Assembly (NCBI RefSeq): GCF_009914755.1
Contig: NC_060936.1
DNA length: 64,000 bases
Origin: the human T2T-CHM13v2.0 reference genome, Homo sapiens
Direction: 5' to 3' (one strand)
In this document: positions 1 to 15,393 of the stretch, in pieces
How the letters are laid out: the number at the start of each line of letters is the position of its first letter
Numbering within the stretch: the first letter of the stretch is position 1
Position numbers and translations under genes: made by a program
Notes under the pieces: model-generated
The model's database searches: none
What the model was told of the DNA's origin: nothing
What the model saw: only the letters and a program-made list of their open reading frames with translations

Positions 1-322
<322 letters not shown>

Positions 323-339
323 TCACTAGGATATAGAAA

Positions 340-620
340 TGAGAGAATGGTAAGATTTAAGAATAACTCTGAGTTTGGGTTTATGAGTAGAATGATGGAT
401 GGTAAAGCCTGAGATAAAGAATTCAGGAGATGGAACAGGTTTGCGTGTTGGATTGCTGATAATGAAATCAATTTTGCACATATAAATGTTGAAGTAGCTG
501 TAGGTTATTCGAGCAGAGGTGCCCTCTGAGAAGTATTGGTCTGAGCCCAAGGGAGACAGCCAAAAAAAACGTAAGTTTGGACAGTTGTTAAGGTCATGGG
601 AGTGACATTTTCTGTGGATT
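340..620 (-). mobile_element. L2 fragment
   Basis: Degenerate L2-like sequence. Confidence 0.5.
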
Positions 621-840
621 GAGAGATTCTTGAGAGGTAAGTGAAACATCTTAAACATTCTTCCAAATAAGAGGTAGAACTGCCAGCAATTTTTTTTTAA
701 TCCATTGATCTGTCTTAACGGGCTAGTAATGGGAAAATATATTGTAATAGAAATAGAAAACATTAGTAATAGAAATGGAATAACTTTAAAACCTAACAGA
801 AAATAGTAATAGAAAAAAATATATTACAATGTGATCTAAG

Positions 841-1258
841 GTTGTCCTTTGGGTCAAGAATACCAGTTCCAGCTCACTTGCTGTTCATGACCCTAGTTCT
901 GAATCATTCTTTTCAACCTTTTTTGGCAATATCTCACCCACCAAATCCTCCCTGGAAATTAGAAGGCTAAAATCAATATGACACTTCAGACACCTCCAAC
1001 TGAATTGTCCAAATCATTGGACCCATTCACTAATTTAACACATGGTCTGCAAATTTCAGTTACTGCTATGGTGGTGAACTAGCAACTGGCTACTGTGGAT
1101 GGATACTTACACTAGAGATTTATAAATGCCAAAGGAATAATGGCCACAGTGAAACATATGATTCCTTATTACCACTAAGAAACTATTCAATTTACCCTAC
1201 AAGTTGATTGCAAAAGTGATTTGTTATTCAATGCCTTGAGTTTCTCATTAAGTCCAAC
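841..1258 (+). pseudogene. Decayed exon, FN3-like module
   Basis: Frame from 841 reads VVLWVKNTSSSSLAVHDP (FN3 A/B-strand-like). Frame from 978 reads ...FTNLTHGLQISVTAM (E/F-strand-like). AG at 839-840, GTAAAC at 1259. Confidence 0.55.
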
Positions 1259-1870
1259 GTAAACGAAGAGGTTTAATATGTCCTCAATCTGTCACTCTAT
1301 GAGCTGAAGTAGTATCACTCTCTTTTTAAATTTTGTAACACAACTATAAAGTGGCCGAATTCAAGAAAAATTTTTAAATAAATTTTGTAGACTGTCTAGA
1401 AATTCCAACATGACACCAAAACCTATATATGGGAGAAGGAATTCAGGCAAAGCAGAATTGTAAAATGTTGTGTTGAAAATAAGTAGGTCTCTGTTTCATG
1501 AGGAAGCACCCTCAGGGGAGGAACTAGTCTGAGTGAAGTTTTTTTTTGGTTCAGTTTGGGCTGTCCAGGAAATTGTCAGGGGTGTGACAGAAAGCTAAGT
1601 TTTCAGATTTCTTCCACTTCTCTGTCATTTTCAAGAGCAAATTAAACCTGTTGAATAGTTTGATTATATCATTTCTACCATCACACTCATTTACAGAATG
1701 GAAAGAGGAGACATTCTAATACAAACGATCTGGGGCAGAGAACTTTTTAATTTAAAATTATATCACCAAGATCTAGGTCAGCACCTGACCATTATAGCTG
1801 GTCAAATATTTGTTAAATTAAGTGAACGCATTTTGTTATCCCTATGCCCAACTCCATTTAACTGTCATAG

Positions 1871-2019
1871 ACTTTGACTGTCACAAAAAGAAGCACTTTT
1901 ATGACTCCTTTGCAAGCCTGCACTGGAATCCCAGGACAACTGACTGGAAGACTTTAAATCAATGTCACAACAGTTATGAGTTAGATGCGCAATTCTTATT
2001 CTTGTCTAACTATCAAGAG
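1871..2019 (+). pseudogene. Decayed exon, N-terminal half of an FN3-like module
   Basis: Phase-1 acceptor (catag|AC); open frame DFDCHKKKHFYDSFASLHWNP... carries the D..A.L.W.P pattern. Confidence 0.5.
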
Positions 2020-2384
2020 GTTACTCTGATACCTTCAAAAGTTTTGGAATTTTAAGGAAAAAACCCATAAATATGCAGATCTAACAAATGCATATGTTGT
2101 AAAAATCTTCATTTGAAACACCAGGGGCAATGATGGTAAAAGAGCCATAACTTGCAAGTTCTGCTTAATATACTTGCAAGATATATATTTTTAAAAGCAG
2201 CTGATCAATTACAGGCAAGAGAGAGAGCTGACCCAGTTTCTTTTGCCTCATAGGACTTCAGTCAGTTGTTAGCATCTTTATTCCATTTCTGTCTATGGTT
2301 TACAATCCAGGACAGCGTTGATGTTTATATTACAGACCAGTCTCCTCTACTTACTTTCTTTATGTTACTTTGTTTATCTCCTCT

Positions 2385-3050
2385 ACGGATAATTTATTTA
2401 TCATCTACCATATGTTAGGTCTTGGAAATACAAAGGTGAATAATATTAAGATTCTCTCTTCAAATAACTTATAAGCCAATGGAGTAAACCAGCAGTTATA
2501 ATAATTGCAAAATGTGCTGTGGTTATATATAGGAAAGGCAGGTAACTCTGGCTTCTGAAAAGTGGTAGCACCTGGACTGAGTCTCGGATGACAGGTAGAA
2601 ATTAACCAAGAAAGTAGCATGTGCAACAGCATGAGATCAAGGGAAACCACAGCACATTGAGGAAGTTGTACGTGGTTCTTCACAGATAGGTACAGACATT
2701 GCGAAATGAGATGAGCAGACTAGATAAGTTGGGCAGGACCAGGTGAGAGCGTTACACCTCTGCGTCATCCTAAGGAGTTTGACGTTAACTTGAACACTCT
2801 GCATTTCTATAAAAGAAAACGTTCTCTGATAACACAACTGAAAATATATCAAAGGCAAAGCAAGAAAGCAGGCAGAAAGACAGGTTAGAGGAAGCTTGTT
2901 GTAGTGCTTTAGAAAAAAACCAATACCTTAACTATGGTATTGGCAGAAGGGAAGTTTGGTTCAAAGCGTCTGAACCAGTTAGGAGGAGATTACCTCAGTC
3001 CTCCAGGGAAGAAATGATGTCATGAACCAAGGAGGTGGATTTAAGAGAAT
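2385..3050 (-). mobile_element. L2 3' fragment
   Basis: Reverse-oriented L2 3' end pattern. Confidence 0.6.
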
Positions 3051-3349
3051 TAATCTCTCTCCATTTCTATCCAACATGCCAATTTTTCTGAATTTTTCCT
3101 TCTAATATAAGACATGTGAATATAAACCTGTTAGCTTTCTGGTTCCATGGACTAGGAAAATGTTGTCTAATGTTATTTTCATTTGTGGTTATCCTAAATT
3201 AAGATCTCTATGTTATGTGCATTTTAAAACGTATCTTTTATCAACTGCTACCTGGAAGTACATGCTTTAAAATAATGTAATGGTCAGTCTGATCCCTGGT
3301 GAGTCAACTTCTTAAATGGATGAGAGCAGCTGGTAGAGTAAAGAGCTTG

Positions 3350-3920
3350 AAGAATGATCCTCCTAAAATGTAAGTCAAATCATCTCACTCTTCCTCAAAA
3401 TTCTTCCGTTCTCCCCATCTTGCTCTGAGTAAAAGTCAGTCTTTACAATGACCCACAAGACCGAGAGCAGACTCCCAACTCTCTGACCTCAATTCAATTC
3501 CTTCTACTCTTTCCCCGTCACTCATTTCAGGGCAGCCACGCTCATCTCCTTCTGAACCTCAAAGACTCGGGGGAAGCTCGCTCGGACTTTGAGCACTTGC
3601 TCTTCTTGTTTTCCCAAGTTATCTTCCTGGCTTGTCCCCTCACCTCCCTCAATTCAGGTCTTTTCCTTCCCTTATCACTTTACTAAAAAATAAAATATTC
3701 TTCCCACTCTCAGTACTCTCTTCACAGCTTATATTTTTCTTAACACTCACCACAATCTAACAGACTTACTATTTTACTTCTCTTGTCTATTTTCTATCCA
3801 CAACTAGAAAGCAAGTCCTACAATGGCAGAAGATTTTGATGTTTTGCTGTGTCTCTAGTACCTAGAACAGTGTCAGGCACATGGTAGAAACTCAGTGACT
3901 ATTTGCCCAGTGAATAAATT
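3350..3920 (+). mobile_element. L2a 3' end
   Basis: Ends with cctagaacagtgtcaggcacatggtag...tgaataaat. Confidence 0.8.
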
Positions 3921-4143
3921 GCTATTTCAGTGTGACCATCAGTCATGCAAACATGGTGTTCCAAGACCTCACCGATTGACAAACAAAATCATTACCATGG
4001 AAAGAACCCTGCAGCCAGTTATTGTTTTTTCCACCAGGAAGCCTCTGGCAAAGTCAGATATAGTCTGAACTGTTTCCATCAACACAGACTTTTGTATAAA
4101 GCACTATAATCAGGGCATGTTTTCTAAGAAAATTAATTTATAG

Positions 4144-4405
4144 CCAATCTTCACCTGATCCTTAATGACTATCAAGCCGTATTAAATTCTTTAGCATAAC
4201 AGAGAATGTGTGCTTATTCAAAACTGCAACTTTCAATTATATCCGGTAGCAACAAAATGCTCTTTGTTCATTACTATAGAGAAAGGTTTTTGCTGAGAGT
4301 GATTCCATTGCCTTCAGTTTTATAGTTAAACATCTTCGAGGCTTCACTTGAAGATGACCGTGTCAGCCAAAGCAATCACCACAATTAACAAAACCAAATT
4401 ACTGG
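4144..4405 (+). pseudogene. Decayed phase 1-1 exon, complete FN3-like module
   Basis: tatag|CC start. Reads NLHLILNDYQAVLN..., AYSKLQLSII, (frameshift) SFIVKHLRGFT, (frameshift) KMTVSAK...LLG|gtaatg. Confidence 0.65.
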
Positions 4406-4459
4406 GTAATGTTTCTAAAGACTTTTTTCACGCTCTTTAGTTTTGGAAGGTTTATATTT

Positions 4460-5400
4460 CTACTTCATTTTGTAATACATAAATGATTGCTTATTGTTTA
4501 AAAAAATCAATTACTACAGACATAGATTGAGTTTAAAAGAACAAATTTACCTTCAACCTTCTCACCAATTCCACTCTCTTCCCCACAATAACAAAAGTTA
4601 GCAGTTTGCCATGTATTTTGTGTACCTCTTTCTATCCATTTACACAAAGATGCACCTGTAGAGTTTTAGTATTGGAAGATTAAAATTTTACATACATATC
4701 TGGTAAAGTACTCTCTTTACCTAACAATGTGCATTGAACAGTTTTCCACATCAGTGCATACCGAGTTCAGTGATCGTATTTTCAGGTTTATCGAATTATT
4801 CATAGTGCCATCTTTCACTATTAAAAGTAACTTCTTTTGGACAATAAATTATATGGTCCCCAATAGAAAGTTATCTGATTAATGAATTCATAACAGTCTA
4901 TAAAACCATAATTTTTATAATCATTGCCTTAAAAATGAACATTCAGATATAGCCTTTTTTGGTATCATGAACAAGACTGCAAGGAACATTGATATACATA
5001 TATATTTGTGCATGTGTATGAATATATTACAGGATAAATTCTGTAAGTCCAATTGTGAGGTTAAAGGATATATACATTTAAAATTTTAATATACTCTCAA
5101 ATTGTTCTCTAAAAAGCAATATTGTTTTATACTTCCATCAGTAGCACTTATGTTCCCATAACCTCACAACTAACAAGGGCATTATACCTTTTTGTTGCCA
5201 ATTCAATGGGAAACATATTATTTTATTATTGTTTAAATTTGTATTTCACTGATTACAATTGAGATTGGGCATTCTTTCATGCAACAGTATATTTTGCCTG
5301 TTTTACAATGAGGTTTTTTCTTATTAATTTGTACATATTCTTTTGTGTTGAATGTAGTATGTGTAGGTTATAAGTATTTTCTCACAATATCTTACTCTAT
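4460..5400 (-). mobile_element. Old L1 (L1ME-like) fragment
   Basis: Degenerate L1 3' region, antisense. Confidence 0.6.
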
Positions 5401-5821
5401 TTTCCCAATAATATGAAAAACAAATGTACCAATTCCAAACCTGCTACACCCACCAATTTTTATATTCTCAAAAAAAATGGTTAAAATACATATAACTCAA
5501 AGCATAATGTCCAATTTTCTTATCTTCCATTATATGTGTGTGTGTGTATTTATCTCCAAACCATACACAAGTATTATGATCAATGGACAGATATGGTCTG
5601 CCATTGAATATGTTGTGAGTCATTTTATTTCTATATAATATTTCTTCAGTTTTTTCCAAAATAAATATTTTAATTACAATTTTGAGTACAACAAACAAAT
5701 ATGGATGCCTGTGAATCACTCTAGCTCCTATGCATAAAATCTCATTTATTTAGAGAAAGCAAAGCTTAATCAAATTGTTTTGTATTTTTCCCACTTTGAC
5801 TATATTTCCTAATTTTGTCAG

Positions 5822-6450
<629 letters not shown>

Positions 6451-7019
6451 GTATGAAATACCTATTTAATGAGATACTGTCTTTTCTCTGAATAAACCAC
6501 ACTGTCTATTACTTAATAAAAATTAGAAATAAAAATAGGCATTGGCAGCAGGAACTCTGATTAAGAAGATGGTCTTTATCTTTTCGATGTAATAGGCTGT
6601 GTGTTTTCTCAAAATCCTATTGTAACTAATAACAGGCATTATTTCAATATTTTCATTTCCATATTTACATTTTAGCGTTTTCATTACGACCTGATTTATG
6701 TCTAACAAAGCTTCATCATTTCCACACACCACCCTTTTAACCAATAACACAAAGGCTAAAGCTGGGCTGTTCAAATGGTAACCATGGAAAAATGACTGGA
6801 AATAATTCATCTCTCCCTAGTTAGGGTCTGCTTAATAAGCTGTGGGAAATTAGCTCAGTTGAACTTGCAGGGCTGTCTAATATATCTTTGTACATGTACA
6901 GACAAATTCTAGCACAAAACTTTAAAGCTATAGATGAATATTCTTTTTAACCACACCCAGTCCACACCCCTTTCCACTTTGCATAAAGATCACTTGCTCT
7001 AATTTATGACATTCTTCAG

Positions 7020-7237
7020 ACTGCCCAGACTCTCCACAGGAATTCACTAATGACAGTCTAGGAGTAAGGAATAAAACTTGTTTTTTCAGCCATTTGACTC
7101 CTTGCAATTATGATAATTCCCACTGCTCAGATTCCAGTTGTAATTATTATATTAGATGAGATTGGAAAGGCAATATCTTGCTGGCTAATTCCTCTGAGTA
7201 TTTCAAAGCATTGTCATCATAGCAGGAGCTGTGAATG
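7020..7237 (+). pseudogene. Decayed exon (FN3 start-like DCPDSPQEFT)
   Basis: ttcttcag|AC phase-1 start and ATG|gtaatc phase-0 donor; three in-frame stops. Confidence 0.55.
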
Positions 7238-7539
7238 GTAATCATGGTTCATCTTTAAAGGAGAGGAGTAAGAGTGCTTAAAAAGCAAAAGATCTTTTTT
7301 TATCCCTTAGAGTAATAAAGCATTCATCACATCCAACCCCACCCGAACTCCAGTCTGATAGAACTCAGCTTGTTTTCTGCCAGATTTTATCATTATTTCT
7401 AAAATGCAGTTCCTGAAAAAAAAAAAAATCATTCACAGACTTTTAACCTAGATATTGATTTGAGAGTTTTTAATAGTCTGTAATTAAGATAAAAATTTGG
7501 CATGCTTGATTGGTTTTCTCCATCACCATTTATTAATAG

Positions 7540-7644
7540 CTGAATATTGGATTTGGAACCAGTAGATTGAATGGTTCTTCCTATATGCCACCTGCTGATG
7601 CTGAGAAAGAGAATGTTCTAATTCTGCCCTTTATTTATGACAGC
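7540..7644 (+). pseudogene. Candidate exon, start of membrane-proximal domain (..ENVLILPFIYDS)
   Basis: 105 bp, open in phase 0, which matches the upstream exon's phase-0 donor; donor weak (gtataa). Confidence 0.45.
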
Positions 7645-7709
7645 GTATAAGCCTGTTAATCATTTAGGCAAATCAGCTCACCGTCACTGCCCACAGTGAA
7701 TTGTTGCAA

Positions 7710-7915
7710 GCTTTAGAACTGGAGAAAATGGATTAAATTAAATTTCAATTCTGCCACTTATTAATTATGTGACCTAGGCAAATTGCCTCCACCCTCCAAG
7801 TCTCATAAAAATGGAGATAATGATACTCAGCTCATAAATTATTATGAGAATAAAATGTTAAATGTTCAGCAGAGTGCCTGGCACTTTTTCAGCACTCAAA
7901 ACAATGATGTTATTT
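7710..7915 (+). mobile_element. MIR
   Basis: Core tgtgacctaggcaa...aaaatggagataat and 3' agtgcctggcac. Confidence 0.8.
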
Positions 7916-8335
7916 TTGTTACGTCTTTTCTTTGGTGGATTATTTTATATTAATGAAGGTAGTTACATCTCTTTCAAAACCATGGTAGAAATTTAACTCT
8001 CATACCAATCTGCACCTATAAAATTAGGAGAAAACTCAAAGTCCAATAGGCTAGGGCATCTTTTGTAATGAGTACTTTTACGCACATTATCAGCAAAAGC
8101 ACATGTGGGTGTGTCCCTTCTGAAGAGCAATTCGGCAAAATATGTCAAAAGTCTTAAATATGTTCACATACTTCAGGTCAGTATTTTTTTTCCTAATAAT
8201 GCATCCTAAGGTTTTAGTTATAAAGATGTTCATTATAAAGATGTTCATTGAATAATTACATATACTAATACCAAAGAACAGAATCAACTTGTAAATTCAC
8301 TTGTTATGAATTATGGCTTACAAATAGGCACAGTA

Positions 8336-8633
8336 GTACAGGCGCAGTGGCCTACGCCTGTAAACCCAACACTTTGGGAGGCCAAGGCCTGAGGACGGCT
8401 TGAGCCCAGGAGTTCAAGACCAGCCTGGGCAACATGGCAAAACCCTGTCTCTATAAAAAATACAAAAATTAGCCAGGTGTGCTGGCACACCCCTGTAGTC
8501 CCGGCTACTCAGGAGGCTGAGGCAGAAGAATGGCTTCAACCTGGGAAGTCAAGGCTTCAGTGAGCCGAGATCACACCACTGCACTCCAGCCTGGGTGATA
8601 GAGTGAGACCCTGTTTCAAAAATAGATAAATAA
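8336..8633 (+). mobile_element. Alu (AluJ-like)
   Basis: Full dimer. Confidence 0.95.
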
Positions 8634-8657
8634 GTGACACAATAGAAGTACAATGAA

Positions 8658-8948
8658 GGCCACACAAGGTAACTCACACCTATAATCACAGCACTTTGAG
8701 AAGCCAGGGTAGGAGGATTATTTGAGCACGGGAGTTCGAGACCAGCCTGAGTAATATAGTGAGGCCTCATCTTTACAAAAAATTTAAAAATCAGCTGAGT
8801 GTGGTGGTGCGTGCCTGTAGTCCCAGCTACTTGCAGGCTGAGGTGGGAGGATCACTTAAGCCCAGGAGGTGGAGGTTGCAATGAGCTGAGATCACTGCCC
8901 TCCAGCTTAGACAACAGAGCAAGACTCTGTCTCAAAAAAAAAAAAAAA
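8658..8948 (+). mobile_element. Alu (AluJ-like)
   Basis: Full dimer; TSD gtacaatgaa. Confidence 0.95.
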
Positions 8949-10200
8949 GGTACAATGAAAACTCTAGGCATTATATAAAAAATAAACATAAGAAGACTTC
9001 CAAAGGTGGAAAGAAGAAGGCAGGCTTGCTTGGGGCCTGAGGAAAGACATGGCTATGAGTTTCCTGGTTTTCTTTTGCTGGAGAGGCAGTAATTTCTAAG
9101 TGCCAGTGAGACAGACCAAAAAAAAAAAAAAAAAAAAGCCCCAAAAAGAGCCAGTTCTCTCTAACCAAAGAACTAAGAAAAGGGTAGCCTAGAAAGACAG
9201 AAAATGTTGATATAATAGCCTCCCCTAACCCCAGCCAAACTCCACAGAAAAATTTGCAGCCCCACCGCCAACACTGTCAGCAAAGTCTGAGTGGGGATTA
9301 GTGGGGATTACAGATCTTGCCCAGCTGTAACAAGGCACGCTGCTCTAGACCAGCGGAGGCAAGACTTTCATCACTGACTGACAGTGACAATCCACCTTCC
9401 TCGCAGTGTCAAGAGAGATCACAGGGGAGTCTAGACTTTCATCCTCACTTGAAGGTAATGAGGTTCCCTTTCACCTCCCCATTGGGGTGGTGTCAGTGGA
9501 GGCTAAGTGAACTTCTACTTCCACTTAATGGTAACAAGGCAGTCCTCCCCACACAGTGTTGGTGGAGACCAAGTGGGGAGCAGTAATGCCTGAGGGGCAT
9601 ACCCTCTAGCTCTGGCCAGGGTGATGTCACAGTAGCCTAGTAGGAAGCCTGACTCCTCTTCCCACTCGTCAGTTATGAAAGCCCTACCTTCAGGGTGGCA
9701 ACAGAGGCCGAGGGGGGAATCCAGACTTGCATGACCACATGTCATTAAGGAAGAAGCTTCCCAACCACTTCCCCTGCCAGAACAGTGTCAGATAAAAATC
9801 TCCTAAGCCAGAAGATTTAAATAAGATCCAGAGTCTCATCCATAATACTCTAAACATCTAGGATACAATTAAGTCACTTGCCATACCAAGAAGCAGGAAA
9901 ATGTCAACTTGAGTGAGAAAAAACCATGAGCAGATGAAATACTGAGATAATATGGATGTTGTAGTTATCTGATAAGGATTTTATAGCAGCCATCATAAAA
10001 ATGCTTCAACAAGTATGATCATGCTTGAAACAAATGAAGAAGCAGAAAGTCTCAGCAAAAAAAAAGAATGTTCTAAAAAAGAACCAAATGGAAATTTTAG
10101 AACTGAAAAATGCTATAGCCAAAAGAGAAAAAAAAGAAAAACTTTATAAATAAGCTCAACAGAAGAACAAAAAGAAAAGAATCAATAAACTTGAAAATAG

Positions 10201-10694
<494 letters not shown>

Positions 10695-11983
10695 TTAAAA
10701 TTTCTAAAGATGAAAATTTTTAGAAAATGGCTGAAAATTCCCCAAATTTGGCAAAATACATGCATATTGAAGAAACAGAGCAGATTCCAAATAGAAACTG
10801 AGACAAATCTACATCCAGATATATCATAATCAAAATTCTGAAAACTAAAGATGAAGAAAAAAACCTTAAGAGCAGCAAGAGACAAATGACACCTTAACTT
10901 TGGGGAAAAAAACTCTCAAATGACAGGGAATTTCTCATCCAAAACTATAAAGGCTGGAAGGAATTGGCACAACATTTTTCAAGTGCTAAAAGTAAAAAAC
11001 AGTCAGCCAAGAATTCTATATCCAGCAAAAAGACCCTTCAGAACTGAAGAGGAAATCAAGACTTTATCAGATCTAGGAAAACAAGGAGAATTTGTTAGCA
11101 ACAGACTTATGCTGAAAGAATGCCTGAAGATATTTCTGAAACAAACAATAAACAATAAAAGAAGGAATTTTGTAACATTAGGAAGAAAGGAAAAGCAATA
11201 GAAAGAGTAAAAAGATGGGTAAATACAATAGATTTTTCTTCATTTCTCTAACTTGTGTTTGTTGAAACAAAAATGGTAATTTTTTATTTGTAAAAAACAT
11301 ATGTAAAATGTATGTATGTAAAAGAATAGGCAAAACACATCCTATGAAGCCAGTATTACTCTGATGCCAAAACTCAGCCAAGATATTACAAGAAAATTAG
11401 AAATCAATATCTCTGATGATTATAGAAACAAAACCATCAACAAAATACTAGCAAACCAAATCTAGCAATATATAAAAAGGATTATGCATCGCCACAAGCT
11501 AGGAATGCAAGATTGGTGGCCTAACATAAGAAAAACAATTGTGGTAATATGCCATATTAACAGAACAAAGGGAAAAAAAAAACATGTTATCATCTCAGTA
11601 GATACATAAGAAGCATTTGACAAAACTTCACATTGTTTCATGTTAAAAACATTCAACAAACTAGGAATAGAAAGGAGCTTCCTCAAATTGATCTAAGAAA
11701 ATTTTGGATCTTACTGAATGATGAAAGACAATTCTTTTCACCTAAGATAAGGAACAAGACAAGCATGTCCACTCTAACTCTTTCTATTCAGTATTGTACT
11801 GATTCTAGAGAGAGAACTTAGTCAAGAAAAGGCATTAAAGGAATACAAATTTAAGAGAAAGAAATAAAACTATCTACAGATCTAAATATTCAATGTAATT
11901 CTCATTAAAATCAAGGCTGGATTTTTTTTTTTTTTTTTTTTTTTTTGCAGAAATTAACAAACTGATCCTTAAATTCATATGGA

Positions 11984-12264
11984 GGCCTGGGGTGAGGGCT
12001 CACGCCTGTAATCCCAGCACTATGGGAGACCAAAGGGGGTGGATCACTTGAGGCCAGGAGTTCGAGACCAGCCTGGTCAACATGGGAAAACCCCATCTCT
12101 ACTAAAAAATACAAACATTAGCCAGTTGTGGTGGTGCATGCCTGTAGTCCCAGCTGCTCAGGAGGCTGAAGTGGGAGGATAGCTTAAACCTGGTAGGTGG
12201 AGGTTGCAGTGGGCTGAGATCACGCCACTGCACTACAGCCTGGGCCACAAGCAAGACCCTGTCT

Positions 12265-12268
<4 letters not shown>
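11984..12268 (+). mobile_element. Alu
   Basis: Full dimer. Confidence 0.95.

Positions 12269-12318
<50 letters not shown>
12269..12318. repeat. (TA)n microsatellite, about 25 units
   Basis: Perfect TA run at the Alu tail. Confidence 0.97.
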
Positions 12319-12322
<4 letters not shown>

Positions 12323-13013
12323 AAATGCAAGGACCCAGAATTGCCAAAACAATCTTGCAAAAAGAAGAAAATTGGAGGACTCAAACTTCCTGATGTTGAA
12401 ACTCACTATAAAGCTACATTAATCAAGACAATGTAGTACTGATGTAACGATAGACATCTAGATCAATAGAAAAAATTCAGAGTCCAGAATACATTTACAG
12501 TCAACCACTTTTTGGCAAGGGAACCAAGACAATTCAATGAGGAAAGAGCAGTCCTTTCAAAAAACAGTGCTAAACAGTCAGATACCTACCTACTTGCAAA
12601 AGAAGGAAGTTGGATCCCTTCTTTACACCAGACTCGAAAATTAACCCAAAATGGGTCACGAACCTAAATATAAGAGCTACAACTATAAAACTCTCTGAAG
12701 AAAACCTAGGAGTAAATATTCATGACTTTGGGTTGGGCAAAGACTTTTTAGATATGACACCAAAAACACGTGATAAAATAAATAAATAGAAATTCATCAA
12801 AATTAAAAACTTCTGTGCAACAACCCACATATACCATACAAGAAAGTGAAAAGACAATCCACAGAATTGGTGAAAATATTAGCAAATCATATATCTAATA
12901 GAGGACTTGGCTCCAGAATACACACACACACATGCATGTGTATGGTATATATGTGTATATGTATATACATATGTTTTACAACTTAATAACAAAAAGACAA
13001 ATAACCCAATTTC

Positions 13014-13726
<713 letters not shown>

Positions 13727-13907
13727 GGCAGAAACAACCCAAATGTCCATCGATTGATGAATGGTAAATAAAATGCAGTATATCCAAACAGTGAAATATT
13801 ATACGAAAACACAAAGGAACTTGAAGAGCTGATACATGCTACACATGGACAAGTCTTGAAAAATATGATGCTGAGTGAAAGAAGCCAGTCAGAAAAGATC
13901 GCATATC

Positions 13908-14266
13908 CAGCCATAAAAAATGATGAGTTCATGTCCTTTGTAGGGACATGGATGAAGCTGGAAACCATCATTCTCAGCAAGCTATCGCAAGGACAAAAAA
14001 CCAAACACCGCATGTTCTCACTCATAGGTGGGAATTGAACAACGAGAACACATGGACACAGGAAGGGGAACATCACACACCCGGGCCTGTTGCGGGGTGG
14101 GGGGAGGGGGGAGGGATAGCATCAGGAGATATACCTAATGTTAAATGACGAGTTAATGCGTGCAGCACACCAACATGGCACATGTATACATATGTAACTA
14201 ACCTGCAGGTTGTGCACATGTACCCTAAAACTTAAAGTATAATAATAATAAAATTAAAAAAAAAAA
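13908..14266 (+). mobile_element. 5'-truncated L1PA (about PA4-PA5) 3' end
   Basis: ORF2 C-terminus [18 protein letters not shown]...IGGN*, 3' UTR and poly-A; perfect 17-bp TSD agaaaagatcgcatatc. Confidence 0.97.
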
Positions 14267-14346
14267 AGAAAAGATCGCATATCGAATAATTCCCCTAACA
14301 CGAAATCTCCAGAAAAGACAAATCTATAGAGATAAAAAGTAGATTA

Positions 14347-14708
14347 GGACAGGCATGGTGACCCACGCCTGTAATTCCAGCACTTTGGGAGGCCGAGGCG
14401 GATGGGTCTCCTGAGCTTGGGAGTTTGAGACCAACCTGGGCAACATGACGAAACCCCATCTCTACAAAAAACGCGAATAATTAGCCAGGTGTGATGGCAC
14501 TGACCTGTGGTCCCAGCTACTCAGGTGTGGTGGCCCTGACCTGTGGTCCCAGCTACTCAGGTGTGCTGGCACTGATCTGTGGTCCCAGCTACTCAGGAGG
14601 CTGAGGTGGGAGAATTGCTTGAGCCTGGGTGGCAGAGGTTGCAATGAGCCAAGATCACACACTTCAACATGGGTAACAGAGTGAGACCCTGTCTCAAAAA
14701 AAGAAAAC
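14347..14708 (+). mobile_element. Alu (AluJ-like) with internal 3x36-bp repeat
   Basis: TSD aaaagtagatta. Confidence 0.95.
14486..14597. repeat. Alu-derived minisatellite, 3 x 36 bp
   Basis: Units start at 14486, 14522 and 14558. Confidence 0.95.
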
Positions 14709-15393
14709 AAAAGTAGATTAATGATTGCCTGAGGTGGGGTGGGGGGAATGTTGAGGGGAGATAAGAGGAATGGGGAGTGATTTTTAGTGGGTAAGGGGTT
14801 TCTTCTTGGAGTGATGAAAATGTTCTAAAATTGGTTTTGGTAATGATTACACAACCCTGTAAATATAGTAAAAATAACTTAATTGTCTACTGTAACTGGG
14901 TGAACTGGTTGTATGTGAGTAATATCTTACCACAACTGTTAAAAAAAAAGTGTCAATACAAAATAAGGACAAAAAATTTTAACAACAGAGGTAAATTATT
15001 ATGTGACAATACTAAGCAAAAAAGATGAAAGCAAAATTATTTATCTGTATATGTTCAGCTATGTGTAAAGTATATGCATAGAAGTAATTCTGAGAGCAAA
15101 TATGCCAAACTACTTATAATGGTTCTTTCTCTTTACACTTTTGTATTCCATCTAAAATTACCATAGTGAGTAGGAACATTTTAACCAAAAATAAAAATTT
15201 TAAAACAAAAATAACAAAGCACTTTTCCTTTTATTACTTTGGTTAATAGCAAATTAGTCTGTTTCATCTGTCTATATTCATTTGCGAGTTTTCTTCTAGT
15301 CTTCTCTGTCTTTATCTTCTACCTCTTTTACTTGATAAGAGGAGTCCCAAGACTAGTACTCAATTTTGCATTTCTTTCTCATTTTTCACACAG

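Noticed and set aside
326-763. 145 aa minus-strand ORF
   Set aside because: Overlaps an L2 remnant; no splice or domain support.
10920-11201. 93 aa ORF
   Set aside because: L1 ORF1 C-terminal remnant, not a host gene.
15245-15345. Hydrophobic translation resembling a TM helix
   Set aside because: T-rich intronic tract lying upstream of the membrane-proximal exon, the wrong order for a TM.
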